A stretch of DNA of 63,941 bases, the filler included, from Klebsormidium nitens (Eukaryota; Plantae; Klebsormidiophyceae), in NCBI GenBank assembly GCA_000708835.1. It is 10 parts of 10 records of this genome, joined end to end, with 100 filler letters (N's around TTAATTAATTAA, not from the genome) between each part and the next. Parts side by side here need not be neighbours in the genome. Positions count along the whole stretch, not along the records: positions 1 to 20,117 come from DF237923.1; 9 more parts are not named here. One strand, given 5' to 3'. The first letter of the stretch is position 1. Every line of letters starts with the position of its first letter. Below, one piece after another: positions 1-11,771 of this stretch. The translations under genes were made by a program, and so were the position numbers. Under the pieces are notes generated by a model that was not told where the DNA came from, made no database searches, and saw nothing but the letters and a program-made list of their open reading frames with translations.

Positions 1-315
1 GATGTGTGCGCCCATAACTTGAACTTCGGACTTGAAGTTCTGAGGACGGCCGGCATCCCGGCCGTATATGTAACTATTGGGTGGTGGTTTAAAAACATGT
101 ATGTGGGAAACTTCTACAGTAGGTCCATCTTGATGTTGACAACACAAGCTGAGATTTGCAAAGCATTCTCCTAAGCTTTTGTCAAAAAAGTTGAGCCATT
201 CTTCTCTATAATAGCTTTGGTGGTGAACCACCCTTTTTCTTGAATTTCGTGGGAAGATGGTCAATTGACACTTCGGTTCCATCATGTCGCAGGTGGGTCG
301 AAGGTGGGGGCACAT
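1..315 (-). CDS. Partial ORF (105 codons, runs off window start), possible HUH endonuclease/Rep N-terminus
   Basis: Manual translation: MCPHLRPTCDMMEPKCQLTIFPRN...LSLCCQHQDGPTVEVSHIHVFKPPP...GAHI, with no stop down to position 1. LTIFP and HIHV resemble RCR motifs I and II. Not in the supplied ORF track. Confidence 0.3.
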   Translation of the reverse strand, partial: MCPHLRPTCDMMEPKCQLTIFPRNSRKRVVHHQSYYREEWLNFFDKSLGECFANLSLCCQHQDGPTVEVSHIHVFKPPPNSYIYGRDAGRPQNFKSEVQVMGAHI

Positions 316-479
316 TCCACTAGGCCGGAAGGGGGGTCCCAACATAGGAATTTAAGAACAGAGCCTGTACGTACGGGAGTACGTACCTTACAAGATCCGT
401 CCCGCCGAGGACCTTCCTCAAGACACTTTAGTACCCATACTGACGGGCCGCCCGGTGAATCAACGGTCCCCAGATTTCA

Positions 480-760
480 ATTAGGTAGGTATATGATAGG
501 TATATGAACTAGGTACCTACTGCCTAGTACTATTAGGTAGGTACGGTACTGCCTGTGGCCCGCGTCAAAATGGTACCTAGAAGCGAGGTACCTAGTAGCG
601 AGGTACCCACTGGCAAGTGCCAAGGATCGAGATGCCGCATACCGTAGGTACCCTAGTACCTACTATGGCAGCTACGGTAGGTACCGTAGCTGCCTAGGCT
701 AGCGCAAAGGTACGTACGGTACTACCATAGGTACTGTAGGTCCGTAGCCTACTGGGCAGT
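480..760. repeat. Low-complexity array rich in GGTAC/GTACC/TACCTA words
   Basis: Repeated ggtacc, aggtacctag and gtacgtac words; no coherent ORF. Confidence 0.6.
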
Positions 761-1271
761 GAAATTTTGTCAATTTGGCCTGAACACTCGTCGAAGTTCG
801 CAGTGTTTGTCGCCCGTCAGTAACACTACGGGCATTCTCGCCTGCATGTTACGAAGCTGAAAGCAGGAGGTTGTCGGTACGAAACTACTTCCTAAGAGAT
901 TGCAATCGCCGGAACCGGCGCGGTTTCGGCCGAATTTTGCCCCATTTCCCCGGCAATTCTGCGCGCCGGATCAAAAGTTCGCGCGCAGTACTGGCGAGAG
1001 CACGGCGCACCGGCAAGTAATTATTCGTGCGATATTTGCACGTTTGCGCGCGGAACCTGCCGCGATTTCCCCCCGGGCTGAAAAGCACCATAACTGCCCC
1101 GTGCACCGGCGAAAACAAATTTGCAGACTATGGTTGATGTTGAAGCAACTTCCACTTACCAATCTTTAATACCGATCAGGCGTCATGGATTAACTCTCAC
1201 CATCAAAGATGCTTCTGCTCGATCCTACAAAACCGGGTCAAGTGATGGGTGAGAAGACATTTCAATGTTAT

Positions 1272-2084
1272 CGGCCCAGGTCCAGGCCCATATTGGCATA
1301 TGGTCTACGAGGGTTTTTGGGCCGTGGCATAAAGCAAACCCAGAATTTTGCGAAAAGGCATTTGGCATACTGCTCCAAGAATATGCCAATATGCCAAGAA
1401 TAGCAGCTAATATATGTTTGAGTATAGGAGTCTATGTTTGTCACGGCTTTCGAAACGGCTATCGGTGACCCGTATTAGTTCCAAAATCTCCGACCCTATG
1501 AAGGTTCATATAAGCTGTATAAGCACTCAGGCGGACCAGATTTTAGCAGCTTTTAATCGGGTCAGGATATAATCTACGAATTGTTTCGCGGGGCTAAGGT
1601 GCATAGCCTGACAGACCCGCAAGATTTTGCTCGGCTATCAAATCTGCACGCTCGAAAGCGTACCTGTTGTTAGGGTCGACGGACGGGCGGCTCGCCAATT
1701 TGGCCAGCGGCTACCTTTATGGGATGCCCATAAGATAGCCGCGAAAGAAGAATCCCAGGCCGCTATAGCAAAGGCTATAAAAGATCATCAATGTACTATT
1801 ATTTTTCCAAATGCATATTTCAAAGCTTTCAGAGTTGCACAAAGCACAAGAAAGTAACGCGGCGCACGATTCTTCGGGTTTGCCAGATATCTTTTAGTTT
1901 ACAACGTTTCGGTGCCGTGACGTCGCCAAAAAGCAAACCTTTATAGGGTTATTGTTCTTTACACAAAATATGCCAGCGGCATATTGGCATATTGCTTCAA
2001 AACTTTGCTAGCATATGGCATATCGCCTAAATATTGGCTTGGCGTATGGCATATTCAAATCGGGATATGCCTGGTCCTGGGCCG
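1272..2084. mobile_element. Non-autonomous TIR element (MITE), hAT-like TSD length
   Basis: The left end cggcccaggtccaggc and the reverse complement of the right end cggcccaggaccaggc differ at one base. Flanks are aatgttat (1264-1271) and aatgttaa (2085-2092). TGGCATAT/ATATGCCA words cluster near both ends. Confidence 0.6.
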
Positions 2085-2689
2085 AATGTTAAAAGCCCGC
2101 ATAAAAAGCTGTTTGGGTTCGGTTACTTGTGAAGGTGAGACGACGGACTGCAAACGATCCTTTGAATTGGCATATAGAGCGGTCTTCAGCGGCCCCATTC
2201 CGGCTAGATAATTCGTGCCAGTTGTGAACACTGAAAGACAAACTTTACTCAACAAGAAACTTGCCTCTATGCTTCTAGTCCAATCGACTCCTTTTGCAAA
2301 CAACCGTTAATCAGTCGCCAGAATTGACTGTGTCATCATCGGACTTCACGCACCCCGACAACGATGATGGCTCACAACAAAAGCTTGTAAGAGGGGTAAA
2401 TGCAGTCTGAATAGCGATGGCATTTCTGAAGTTCTGATCGCATGCAACAAGCACCACCGATGCAGATCTGAAGAAGCTCAATTGAAGAAGCTACGACGTC
2501 GTGTGGCGAGGACACGTTGCCAAACTGATTGAAAACTTGTTTCAAAGACACACGCAAGACTTTGAACACCCATATCAGAAAAGCTACGTGTAAGGAGCTT
2601 CCATGAGAGTTGTATGGGAATCATGAGGTCGGAATAATATGATGCAATGAGGATGCTGAACCTACGTCACTTCACCTCTACCGCCGTGC

Positions 2690-2753
2690 TAATCTTGACC
2701 ACAGGGGAGATTTTAAGTTTTCCGCTCCCTCCCACTGGGTTTCCGTTCTGCGA
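2690..2753 (+). repeat. Left terminal inverted repeat
   Basis: taatcttgaccacaggggagattttaagttttccg, followed after a short insert by tttccgttctgcga (2740-2753). Confidence 0.85.
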
Positions 2754-2778
2754 TCTGAAGCAATGGTCTGCAACCAGA

Positions 2779-3200
2779 CCGACCGACCGCCGGACCGCAC
2801 CATTTGGCAGCCTCCGAGCAGCCGGATCAGGCGGACCGACCGAACGCCGGACCGCACCGTTTGCCAGCCTCCGAGCAGCCGGACCAGGTGGACCGACCGA
2901 CCGCCGGACCGCACCCCTGGCTTCTCATGACAGTCGGACCAGGCGGACCGACCGACCGCCGGACCGCACCGTTTGGCAGCCTCCGAGCAGCCGGACCAGG
3001 CGGACCGACCTACTGCCGGACCGCACCCCTTACTTCTGAAGGGCAGCCGGACCAGGCGGACCGACCGACCGCCGGACCGCACCCCTGGCTCTTCCTGACA
3101 GCCGGACCAGGCGGACCGACCGACAGCCAGACCGCACCGTTGCTTCCTATGGGCAGCCGGACCAGGCTGGCGGACCGACCGACCGCCGGACCGCACCCCT
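2779..3200 (+). repeat. GC-rich minisatellite, 55-57 bp unit, about 7.5 copies
   Basis: Unit core gaccgaccgaccgccggaccgcacc...cggaccaggcg with a variable middle; it explains the repetitive ORFs at 2647-3211. Confidence 0.95.
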
Positions 3201-3548
3201 GATGGCAGCAAAACTATATACGGCAGTAAACTAAGGGCGGCTATAGAAGGGAACTAGGCAAACGGGACGGAACGATCCCGACAGACGTTTTTGAATATAG
3301 TCTCCAATCCGCTTTAAAGATAATGAGACGCCGACAGCCGCCGAAAGCTGATCGCAGTATCGTTGTAGCATGCGGTTCACCGTGATGTTTCGGAGCACAA
3401 CAGGACATGCACGACAATAACGTACGGCAAATTCTGATTATTGACGCTCATCTTTACCCCAGCTAGCCATGGAGTACGGCCTCTTGCAATCAGATCGGGA
3501 CGATTCCGTAAGTTGTGGGTAAGGTACGTACTACTAACCAAATAAACT

Positions 3549-4637
3549 GACACTGTCTTGATCAGAATCCATACAATCAATCATGCCCGCGTCGCCATCG
3601 TTCACTTTAAGTGCCCACTGGCGCAAAAGCATCAAAGCATTCTCCTTTTTTTAGTGTCTCGGCCCCGCCAAATAGGTGTAAAGCACACTCAAACACCTGA
3701 AGTCATCGGAGGCATGACTCTGACAGTGGTTATGGGCTGTGGTTAGGACAGTGACAGTGACGCTGACAAGTGACACTGACATTGACATTGACAGTGACTG
3801 GGGCTCTCACTGGGATATTAGGGTTATGTTGCAAACCTGTAACGGGTCCTGGCAATCGACCAGCGTTTTGTTAGGGCTACGTCATTTCCCAGTGACATTA
3901 GGGTTACTCACTGACAGTGACAACCGGGCAGAGTACTTTTGGTTTAGTGTATGTAGCCACTTCCTCTAACCCGGTCCCCCCGGAGGCCGTACCGCAAATT
4001 GTACGGTAAATCTGACAACTCTGACGGAGTTTTGATCAAAGGACCTAATCTGACACTTTAATCCATGCGTACACCTTGAAAGCCAATGATCCCGCGTGTG
4101 AAATATTTTCACACTTTTTGAAGTCTGAGATACTAATAGAAGGAGAATGCTTCGTCGTACTTGCCCCACTGGCTGCATGTCTCCTTAAACCGACCTGCCT
4201 ATGGAAGTCACGGATGCGCCAACCATGTTGCTCGAATTCACGTGGTGTATATTGTATTAGCGTACGGCACACCTATAGTCGTTCTGCACTCTAAGTATAG
4301 TAACGGTCCCGCAACACTCATTCTTGAGCTAACCAATAAAGCGTGGATTGCACTTCTACAAAGCTGCTCAGCACGTTCTCAAAATACACTAGCTGACTGC
4401 GCATGCCACATCCCAGTCTATCTAATTTCGCTCCTAGATCGACATGTATGCTTTCACCCAACCGATGCACTTAACACTTGACAAATAGGCCTGTTGCAAA
4501 GTCTACTTCATGACTTCCCTAGATGCATCTGCCTCGTCCGACGCTGACAATGCTATCCAAGTCGAAGCCACTGCAGCTCCCATCCACATTTTGACCATAG
4601 CAAGAAGAGTCACCGTCACGAACCTACACTACCACCA
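3549..4637 (+). repeat. Copy 1 of a ~550-bp duplicated unit, interrupted by a MITE
   Basis: 3549-3622 matches 4881-4955, and 4166-4637 matches 4947-5427. Confidence 0.9.
3623..4164. mobile_element. Mutator-like MITE (542 bp) with a 9-bp TSD
   Basis: ~38-bp imperfect TIRs (gcaa...aagcattctcctt...ttagt.tctc) and G...C termini. TSD cccactggc at 3614-3622 and 4165-4173. The paralogous copy has an empty site (gccactggc at ~4946). Confidence 0.85.
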
Positions 4638-4880
4638 TGTGACGTTTGGGCTATGGTTAAGTCTAACCGCTCAAACCCACAGAGTTAAGTAACGCTCGCC
4701 CGTGCGACGCGTGATGATCTAAGTCCACTGTCCAGTAGTGACACGTGGCAATAGTCGAAGTAATGTTCGATAATTATTATCATTGGACATGTCGACAGTA
4801 GTATAAGTAGAGCTACTAGAGAAGCATGTACTCTCGCATGAACCAGGATTGCTTGGCANNNNNNNNNNNNNNNNNNNNTT

Positions 4881-5427
4881 GACACCGTCTTGATCAGAAT
4901 CTATACAATCAATCCTGCCCGCGTCACCACCGTTCACTTTAAGTGGCCACTGGCTGCATGGTTCCTTAGTTCCTTAAATCGACCTGCCTATGGAAGTCAC
5001 GGATGCGCCAACCATGTTGCTCAGATTCACGTTGTGTGTATTATAGTAGCGTACGACACACCTTTAGTCGTTCTGCCTTCCAAGTGTATTGACGGTCCCG
5101 CAATACTCATTCTTGAGCTAACCATAAAGCGTGGATTGCACTTCTGCAAACCTGCTCAGCACGTTCTCAAAATACACTAGCTGAATGCGCACGCCACATC
5201 CCAGTCTACCTAATCTCGCTCTAAAATCGACATGTATGCTTTCACCCAACCGATGCACTTAACACTTGACAAATAGGCCTGTTGCAAAGTCTACTTCATG
5301 AGTTCCCTAGATGCATCTGCCACGTCCGACGCCGACAACGCTCTATCCAAGTCGAAGCCGCTGTTGCTCCCATGCACTTTTTGACCATAGCAAGAAGAGT
5401 CACCGTCACGAACTTACACTACCACCA
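4881..5427 (+). repeat. Copy 2 of the duplicated unit (empty site)
   Basis: Continuous match to copy 1 without the MITE; begins just after a 20-N gap. Confidence 0.9.
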
Positions 5428-5469
5428 GACACATTTTGATTGATTGCTCAATCACAGACCGTACTCTAG

Positions 5470-8400
5470 TCATTTGCCACCCTTCGATCTCTTGGCCGGT
5501 GGCTCGGTACCCTCTTCCTGTACGGACTGCTGGTTCCGCTTCGTCGACCGCTGACTCTTCCGTAGGCCCGGGTCCTGGTGGCCGTTGGCAGTCTGAGGCG
5601 ACCGACCGTTGCCCGTGTCTGCAGCCGGTCCTGCCCCCGGTTCCTGGTTCTCGTTGCTCGGGCCCCGGTCCTGTGCCTCGCTCATCTCTTCGACATTTCC
5701 GGCGACATCATCGTTCCTGCGCAACAAGGCCAAAGTGGTTCCCCATCTCCGGCCAGCTTTGCAACACTGAGTAGCACTTGGGCTGCTCACCAAGAGCCCA
5801 ACGTCCCTGCCAACGACGCCAATCGATATCTAGAAACCGAAGACAGGCAAACAGACTACGATTCACGTCGACGTTCCCTCCTTGAGCTGGAAGCATGCAG
5901 AAAACCCTCGAAAATGATCGGCCAGGAAACAAACCCTGTTTCGTCTTCCCATCGTACATTCGAGGATATTGCCTGTTGTAAAAGTGTTCAGCGCTTCAAA
6001 CAAGTACGCGCAGCCGTCCCGTTTGAAGCCCCCACCTGTGAGCGCCCGGGCCTGAAGGAGGAGGCCGGCGGACACCACCAGGCCAGAACTCCTCGATGCC
6101 CAGATTGTTGCCAAAGCAGCGCTCAAGCGCCCCAATCAGCTTCTCCCTGTCCTCAGCGGACTCCGGGACCTTCTTGCAGAACACTGGTCCTCGTTCACGC
6201 ATCTGCTTGCTCGGTGGCGCGCCCGGATAGTCTGCATTGGCGGCCAGGTAGATTCTTCAAACTGATCGCGATTGTGCTGCTCTTCGAACGAGCAACCTCA
6301 AACCTCTTCTGATTTCGAACGAGCGATTCCAGACCTCTTATGGAGTCCAAAGGTATGATCACTTTGTTGCACTTTGAGGCAGGGCGTCTGAAGGTGGGTT
6401 CATGAGCGAAAAGAAACTGGTTAGACAGATAGGATCTTTCAGACCAAAAAGAGAGACAAATAGTGCAACGTAACGAACCCCGCCACTGATTTCAATGCAG
6501 TGAAAACGGAACAAGTAATGTCGGTTATTCCACCAGACTGCTCAAACTCACTTGGCACGACCTCGTGATCCTCGATGACGCGCCCGAAGACGCCCTCTTC
6601 GATGTTGACGACGTACTCCACGACTCGCCGCGTGTACTCGATTGGGGACAGGTCGCGGCCCAGATCAGCGCCGAGGTCCTTCCGCGCCTGGAGCTCCTCG
6701 CCGGATGCGAATGGGGTAGCCTTGTTGATCGTCGTGATGGGCAGCTTCTCAGCGGCAGCAAACTTCTTGAGCATCTTCACGGCGGATTTCGCCAGCGGTG
6801 GCTGCAAGAGGAACGACAACTGCAACGTGAGACAGATTGCTTGTTCGCAAAAGATTATTCCCACTCCGCTTATCTTTCAACGTGCCTTTGCGGTCTCCAT
6901 GCTCATTTCCTGGGCTCCTGCTTTTCATAGCGCCAATCTGCACGAGCATTGTCAACATCAGTGACAGCAACGTTAGGGCCGTTCCGAGTCCTTGAACGGC
7001 TTGGCCGTCCTTGCCGAGGCTGGTTGGGAGCTGATTCTTGAGTTTCTTACGCGCTAAGCCTTCCAAAAGCTATCGCTTCCGAGCGACGACATGGCACCAG
7101 GAACTGAAATCAGCCCGTGAAATTCCTGGACTACGATTCCATATACAATCACACCCACCAGCAGCCACGGCCATGCATGGTTCGCCCCGGGCTCGTTCAC
7201 TTCTTCCACGGCGCGGCCCTAATAGACGTCCAACAGCTCCTGCTCCCCCACGAACGTCATCTTTTGACGGTCGAACATGTCCATGACTCGCAGCGCCATC
7301 TCCACGCTCTTCTTCTGGATCACTGGATGGATGCGGACGGCGCCAGGATCGAGTCCAAGAGCGAGCGCCGTCTCCGAACTCGGCAAGGCCGTGGATGAGG
7401 GCCGAGAACATCATCAGCTTCCCGACGCCCTTCCCCAAGAGACCTGCAAGAGTGTCGGGGTGCACTTGTGAGGCCGTTTTCTGGCCCCTACCCTGTCACC
7501 TCATTTTATCACCGATTCCATCTTCCAAAAGAAGATCGTGTGCAAGCTCTGGCTACACAACGAGCTGTCCGGGTGAGCAGAATGGAGATGTCAACGACGG
7601 GTCTCACGAACTTTTGCAGGAACTCAAACCTTTTCGTCCGGCATGAATCAACAACCACGTAAAAATCACCAGAAGGCTTTGCACGTTGCTACAAACGCAA
7701 CCAGGACACTTAGCCAACGCCAGCGGACACCACTCTCCCAAGCATAGAACCTGTACGTGTGCACAGGGGCGCCTACAATGAGAGACCAACCGCTTTCAAT
7801 CTCAGTCGCTGTCGACCACAAGTCATGGATGCCAGTGATTGATCACTCAAACTGTTGCTCAACCCCATCTTCTCGCACAGCGTAGAAGCAGTGTTGAAGC
7901 GCCGGAACTGCTGGTCCAGCAGCACGAACGCGTCGTCACTCAGGGTGTAGAACGCCGTGATCGCCTGGCCCAGCGCTTCACTCCCTAGAATCTCCATCCT
8001 GTGGTGGCAGCTATAGATGTTGGACAGCACCTGCAAATAAGAGCACAACAAACGAGGTCAGATCGCTGCTTTCTGGGGTTGGGCGAATGATGTACATGCG
8101 AAAGAGGTAACAAATTAAGGTCTTAGTGCTTCACAGCAGACCTGCGGCGCCACACTGCTTTTTGCATGGTTGCTTTCATGCTCGAGAGCTCCATTCCAAT
8201 CCAAGAGCAGGTTATGCTCTGCTCAGAAGCACCTCACCAATACAAATTACAAAACTATGTTTTCACGAGGCACCGTCTTTTCATAAGAAAGATGCTGACA
8301 ATATTATTGGCCACAACGTCTCCAAGATCGAACACAGGTGACACTTTCCCATCACCGCACATGCCATCCGCAAAGACAACGGACACATGAACAACATTTT

Positions 8401-9996
8401 GAGAACGATTCCAAAGGAATCCTGAGAACAAACCACCTGTGATGCTTTGGGTTGAAACACCAAGGTGCTACATAAGAATTAATGATCAGCCTTGGGAGGG
8501 AGATGGCCATGCAGATCCCGACTAAACAAACACAAACCATTCACCACCACAACAGCCTCACATCAATCAGGTACTCCTTGGCTGCAAAGCGCACAGGCTC
8601 CTCTTCCTCGCCACCTTCGTCGCCCGCTGGCTGGGAGTCGCTCTCCGGTAGCCCTTGCCGCGCTTGCACCCATGCCAACTTCTCGGCCTCAGACCACTGA
8701 CCTGGCGCTCTTTCCGAGCTGCCATTCTCCGCTGATGACGACGGCCCTGTCGCTTCCGCATTTTGTGCCCGCATGCCACGCAACTGGGTGCCCGAGAAGA
8801 CAAGCTGCTCATCACTGACTGGCCTAGCAGGGACTTCGGGGCCGCGGTTTACAGCTTTCCGTCTTGGCAGCGTCTCAGTGCGCAGCTCAGAAAGACTCTC
8901 GACCTGCAGCCTGCGCGGCGCCGTCATCTCAAACCGTCCAGACAGTCCCATCGCTACGTTTGCTCATTTGTGAGGAAACTGAGCGCGATATCTGGCTGGA
9001 TGCCTCCGCAGAGTGCCACGGCTGTGCGCTTCAGGACGTGCTGCGGCTCCATTTCATTGCTGCCTCTGACACCGTTCGGCCATCCCCCACCATCCTTCAT
9101 GTCGAGAAGAAGCGTGTGCTCCTGCTTGGACCCCGCCTTGGTGTGCAGATCTAAGTTTTCAATCTAAGCCCAATATCTGGCGCACAAAGAAACTTCTCGG
9201 GGTTCACACTCCGCGTCAGGTCGTCGTACAAGTGGTTCAAGGTCTTCTGCAGGGGCAGGACACACCATCGTCAGGATGCAAGAACAACCAACTCTTCAAT
9301 CACACAGCATGCCGAGCTGCATATAAGCAAGGCCAGCGCCAGCAGACATGAGTACCTACAGTCAGAGAGACCAAAACCACTGAACAAGACCTCCCAAATT
9401 TTTGCATTCTTATGATGTCATAGCTGCATCTACTTGCAAAAGAATCAAATCAGTGAAAGATTCTAAGATGACGACAACAGTTACCAGAATGTTGCCCCAA
9501 ACATTTCGAGCTCGCAGAAAGAATAGGATTCAAAACCTCCACAGGTCAGTAAGCTGGTTGACACTGCATCTGAGCACACTGAACGGCGTCGGGAGTTGTA
9601 AAAACTTGCGCTCGACCAAAAGAAGTTCAACTTCACGGCGTGCATCGTCTTTCCCTCAGCCCGCTCCTCGACCCCCTCCATGATCTCATTCAAAGCCTTG
9701 ATCAGCGGGCTCTTGTTTGTGCCACTTGGGGAAACAAGAATGTGCCAATGTCTCAAGACCTGCGTCCAATCGATCATCCGGTCGGCCAACGTCACTTCTG
9801 ACTTGTATCCAAAGCAGTGTGAGACCGCAGTCAGGAACATTCCAATCAGAGCAATGCCTGTTGAGCCCTTTGATCTGGCTACTGCTTCTACACACTCTCC
9901 AACCTTGGCAGGCAGCATCGATCTGACATCATCTGGGAGAAGGTCCCTGGCAGCCTCGAGGCGCTTCCCCAGTTCCTTTCCTTTGCGGATCGCCAT
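5470..9996 (-). pseudogene. Multi-exon DUF3987 (YfjI-like) P-loop ATPase gene, disrupted
   Basis: Exons encode LLPDDV..VEAVARSKG..IALIGMFLTAVSHCFG..WHILVSPSGTNKSP (Walker A-like), LLLDMKDGGG..AVALCGGIQP, FYTLSDDAFVLL, LGKGVGKLMMFSALIHGL and IQKKSVEMALRVMDMF. There is an in-frame TAG at 7219-7221 and a frameshift near 7370. The 3' exon boundaries are uncertain. Confidence 0.7.
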
Positions 9997-10478
9997 GCTC
10001 CTTGTATATGTGTAGCTTGGGTTACCAAAAGATCCTGAAAGCGTCTAAAGAGGAAACTTTTAAAAAACCCCCCCTCAACAAAAGCAAGTTGTACGACTGA
10101 GAAATGGCTCCCCAGCGCCTGCAAAAGCAACACTGGCAGCAGCAAGTCAATTGAGTTGCATCACATGACTTCTCAGATGTGTTGTCCCATTTCACGAGGC
10201 AAATGGGAAATTGGAGGTCAACAATCGCCCCGGTTGGCCGGCAGAATGAGGGGTTTTCCTAGGCCACCAAAGCCCGGTTGGCCTCAACAAAAGTACCGGT
10301 ACCAGCAAGGCAAGCGGTACCGGCCAAACGCGTATGGTGCAGGCTGCGATACCGGGCAAGCGCGGATGGTGCGGCGGCTGCGGTACGTGCAAGCACGGAT
10401 CGTGCCGGGTACAGGCTGTGGTACCGGCTCTGACCGGTACAGTGCCTGGAGGCCACCCCACGTTCAGTTCGATCAAGA

Positions 10479-10665
10479 ATAATTCTCAAGAAAGAAAATA
10501 GTAAGCCAAGATAATAGTAAGCTCCGACTAACACTAAAAACCCTAACCTTAGAAGAAACACTCGCTCCGCACCCGTACCCACCCTAACCACCATACTAAC
10601 CCTACCCGTCACAGTGCGGTTACCTTACTATTATCTGGGCTTACTATTATTTTCCTTGAGTTTCA
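10479..10665. mobile_element. Small foldback/MITE-like element with a 10-bp direct-repeat flank
   Basis: ~43-bp imperfect inverted arms (ctcaag..aatagtaagcc.agataatagtaag). tcgatcaaga flanks it at 10469-10478 and 10666-10675. Confidence 0.7.
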
Positions 10666-10999
10666 TCGATCAAGATATACCCTACGACCAGCCAAAGGAT
10701 ACCAACATATGTTCCATGCGCGTCTGCCTCAACCAGCCCAGGCCACATGCCGGTTATCTGAGGAAAAAATGGCTAGGCCGTTATACAAAACAGTCTCGTG
10801 AGTCGGGATAAGTTTCAATATAATCCAAGAAAAGGGTGTTTTAAACCGGATGTAAGACCCTCAAACCCTAAGCAAGCGTTTCGATTGAACCCTAAAACAT
10901 TCAATGATACTCACAAACCATGACGAACCACAAAAGCTTGCAAACCCCAAGTACAAGTTGGCAGCTAACTCCCAGTCATGGTTACAGCTAACATCTATT

Positions 11000-11299
11000 G
11001 CCTGACCCACACTGAAACCCTAAGGGCAAAAAGCAACATGCTCCGCACCCCAACCCACCCTAACCCCCATTCCAACCCCACCCGTCCCAGTAACAAGTCG
11101 GTTGCAACTGGCATATGGCCTGACCCACACTGAAACCCTAAAGGTACAAAGCAACATGCTCCGCACCCCAACCCACCCTAACCCCCCATACCAACCCCAC
11201 CCGTCCCAGTAACGGGTCGGTTGCAGCTGCATATATGGCCTGCATGATTGACACTGAAACCCTAAAGGCACAGATTAACATGCTTCGCACCCCAACCCA
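11000..11299 (+). repeat. Tandem repeat, ~120-bp unit, 2.5-3 copies, C-rich strand
   Basis: The unit gcctgacccacactgaaaccctaa...ctccgcaccccaacccaccctaacccc...ccgtcccagtaac is repeated. Confidence 0.9.
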
Positions 11300-11771
11300 A
11301 GGACGGGGCGGTTGCGTTTGCGTACCCAAGTCATGCAGCATATGCTTATACACACTAATATGAATAATGAACGTGAAGGCGGCAAGCAACAAGCTCCGCA
11401 CATGTGCACCAATCATTTAACCAACCCATATTTCCATCCATCCATCATCCTTTGCCGAAGTCATTCTTTCAAAATGATTGCAAAGTCACTTTGCATGCTA
11501 TGTATTCTATTTCCAGTCATATTATGATAGGTTTGTATGCAAGTTTGTTACATTCAACGGCACCGTTTTTAAGGGGAACTGCACAGTCTAGCGCAGTATT
11601 AGCTGGGATCGTCTAGAGGATTCCGCCAGAATCAAAGACCTGTTCAACACGATACAAGGGCCGGACGCACAATATCACCTCAACCTACAAGCAGGCCTCT
11701 ACTACTACCGGTGGGCCACAACGCACTAGTCACACTATATTTGCTCCAGGTGCTACAAATATTAGCACAAC

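Noticed and set aside
2600-2691. U6/U1/tRNA target site expected for canonical Dada elements
   Set aside because: No snRNA or tRNA sequence is recognisable at either flank of the 17-kb element, and there is no 6-7 bp TSD.
2779-3200. CRISPR-like repeat/spacer appearance
   Set aside because: The spacers are related to each other and unit length is fixed like a minisatellite; no cas genes; eukaryotic context.
2647-3211. Repetitive ORFs of 130-177 aa on both strands
   Set aside because: They are by-products of the stop-poor GC-rich minisatellite.
10530-11290. Telomeric repeat array
   Set aside because: Only isolated AACCCTAA words inside a longer repeat unit; no tandem TTTAGGG-type tract.
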